Shown here: one piece after another, positions 26,482 through 27,737 of the stretch
Position numbering within the stretch: the stretch's first letter is position 1
Layout of the letters: each line of letters begins with the position of its first letter
From: Oligoflexia bacterium
GTDB taxonomy: Bacteria > Bdellovibrionota > Bdellovibrionia > JABDDW01
Direction of reading: 5' to 3'
Assembly: GCA_043732305.1 (NCBI GenBank)
Contig: JAYTHU010000164.1
Location: 1-27,737 of the forward strand
DNA length: 27,737 bases
Notes under the pieces: generated by a model
What the model was told of the DNA's origin: nothing
Databases searched by the model: none
Seen by the model: only the letters and a program-made list of their open reading frames with translations
Made by a program: the position numbers and the translations under genes

Positions 26482-27581
26482 TTTCCCTTTCCTAGAAACT
26501 CTTTGATGGATCCGTAAATCGCATCTTTGTTTTCTATTCTGGAGGTGATGACCGTTTCGGTTTCGGCGAATTCTTTTTGTAGATCTTTTATAAATTGACC
26601 GCTGCCATATTTGCTTTCAACTTGACCGTAACAAAACACATTTACTTGTGGCAGAATTTTATTTTTCAACAAATCTACACAGACGCGCGTGTCTTCCCCA
26701 CTCCAATTGTCCCCATCGCTGAAATGGAAAACATAAATATTCCAATCGTGAGGAGGATATTCTTCTTCAATCATTTTATTGGTGAGCAGGTAAGCAGAAC
26801 TGATGAGAGTTCCACCACTTTCGCGAGTTTTAAAAAAAGTATCTTCGTCTACCTCGCGAGCCGCAGCGTCGTGAATGATAAAACGTGTTTCTATTTCCTT
26901 GTATTGGGACTTTAACCACGTATTTATCCAAAAAGATTCTAATCGAACGATTTCTTTTTGTTCATCACCCATAGATCCAGAAACGTCCATGATGTACAAA
27001 ATCACGGCACTGCTCTGCGGCTGCTCAGAATATTTATAACTACGATAGCGAAAATCTTTTTTGATTGGCACGATGATTGGATCATCAGGATTATATGTTC
27101 CCGCAACAATTTGACGTTTCAGCGCTTCTTTATAAGTGCTTTTGAAATGCCGCAAACTATCTGGGCCTGCATTATGAATTCCAGAAAATTTTGTTTTAAG
27201 AGCCTGAATTTGCTTATTGCCCTTAGGTTCAATCTTTGGAAGTTCAAGTTCGGTTCCAAGCATTTCTGCGAGCTCTTCAAATGAAACATCCACTTCAAGA
27301 ATATGCTGTCCCTCACCACTTCCGGCCTGGCCCTGGCCCTCTTGGGGTTCACCTTCAACCGGCTTCCCCTCTTCACCCTCACCTTGTCCCACTCCACCTT
27401 TGCTTTTTGGGCCATACTGAAAATGAGGGATTTCAATCTGAGGGACGGGGATAGAAATAAATTCCTTATCTTTTTTCCCGATCATTTCGCCCTGGGAGAT
27501 AAACTTTTTAAAGTTCTGTTTTATCCTGCCCTTGACGATTTCTCTAAATCGATTGTGATCTTGCTTGATGTACAAGCTCAT
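26478..27581 (-). CDS. yeaH: YeaH/YhbH (DUF444) vWA-domain protein
   Basis: Gly/Glu-rich GQGEG segment, MDVSGSM (MIDAS), [13 protein letters not shown]. Lies between prkA and spoVR with ATGA overlaps. Confidence 0.93.
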   Translation of the reverse strand: MSLYIKQDHNRFREIVKGRIKQNFKKFISQGEMIGKKDKEFISIPVPQIEIPHFQYGPKSKGGVGQGEGEEGKPVEGEPQEGQGQAGSGEGQHILEVDVSFEELAEMLGTELELPKIEPKGNKQIQALKTKFSGIHNAGPDSLRHFKSTYKEALKRQIVAGTYNPDDPIIVPIKKDFRYRSYKYSEQPQSSAVILYIMDVSGSMGDEQKEIVRLESFWINTWLKSQYKEIETRFIIHDAAAREVDEDTFFKTRESGGTLISSAYLLTNKMIEEEYPPHDWNIYVFHFSDGDNWSGEDTRVCVDLLKNKILPQVNVFCYGQVESKYGSGQFIKDLQKEFAETETVITSRIENKDAIYGSIKEFLGKGK

Positions 27582-27737
27582 TGTTTTTTAACGTCTCCTC
27601 TAGCAAAAATGCTAGCCACGTAATTTAAAACATCCGTTGCGCTGATCTCATCGTAACCGAATTCTTTAATCAATCGACTCTTCACAATGTCGATCTTCTC
27701 TTGAGTGTTCTTGTCGACAACCGTGGTCACGAGGCTC
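27578..27737 (-). CDS. prkA: C-terminus of PrkA/YeaG AAA+ serine-kinase family protein (partial)
   Basis: ...[47 protein letters not shown]. Canonical position upstream of yeaH-spoVR. Confidence 0.88.
   Translation of the reverse strand, partial: SLVTTVVDKNTQEKIDIVKSRLIKEFGYDEISATDVLNYVASIFARGDVKKQ

Noticed and set aside
1..27737. Alternative genetic code (TAA/TAG reassignment) to explain in-frame stops
   Set aside because: TAA, TAG and TGA all terminate conserved genes at expected lengths (secA TAA, plsY TAG, gmhA TGA), and core genes have no internal stops.

Overview
Bacterial chromosomal window, probably from a Bdellovibrionota-like organism. This is inferred from the gene content and the many Cys-containing signal-peptide hypotheticals. 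A tmRNA gene (ssrA, minus strand, 10083-10439, tag (A)DNTNYALAA) splits the window in two. Left of it, downstream of the tmRNA 3' end (1-10082), lies a decaying genomic-island-like region. It holds secreted hypotheticals, an M13 metallopeptidase gene broken by two in-frame stops, remnants of a serine-recombinase DNA-binding domain, a tyrosine integrase and an IS1202/ISNCY transposase, an intact rhuM-hypothetical-SEC-C/TPR cassette, and a 553-aa secreted protein behind a sigma54-type promoter. Right of it is mostly core genome: a beta-barrel OMP plus 1315-aa lipoprotein operon, gmhA, a bamE-like gene, an apparent two-gene fusion, secA, trmL, GGCT-wHTH, plsY, an atypical gcvH, and the prkA-yeaH-spoVR operon. 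Between gcvH and spoVR sits the most intriguing locus: a DUF222-like/ParB-HTH-like + HNH nuclease gene. It carries a perfect 24-bp CACGTG-centred palindrome inside its coding sequence, and the same 20-bp palindrome recurs about 380 bp upstream of its start. Family assignments come from motif recognition by eye; no searches were run.
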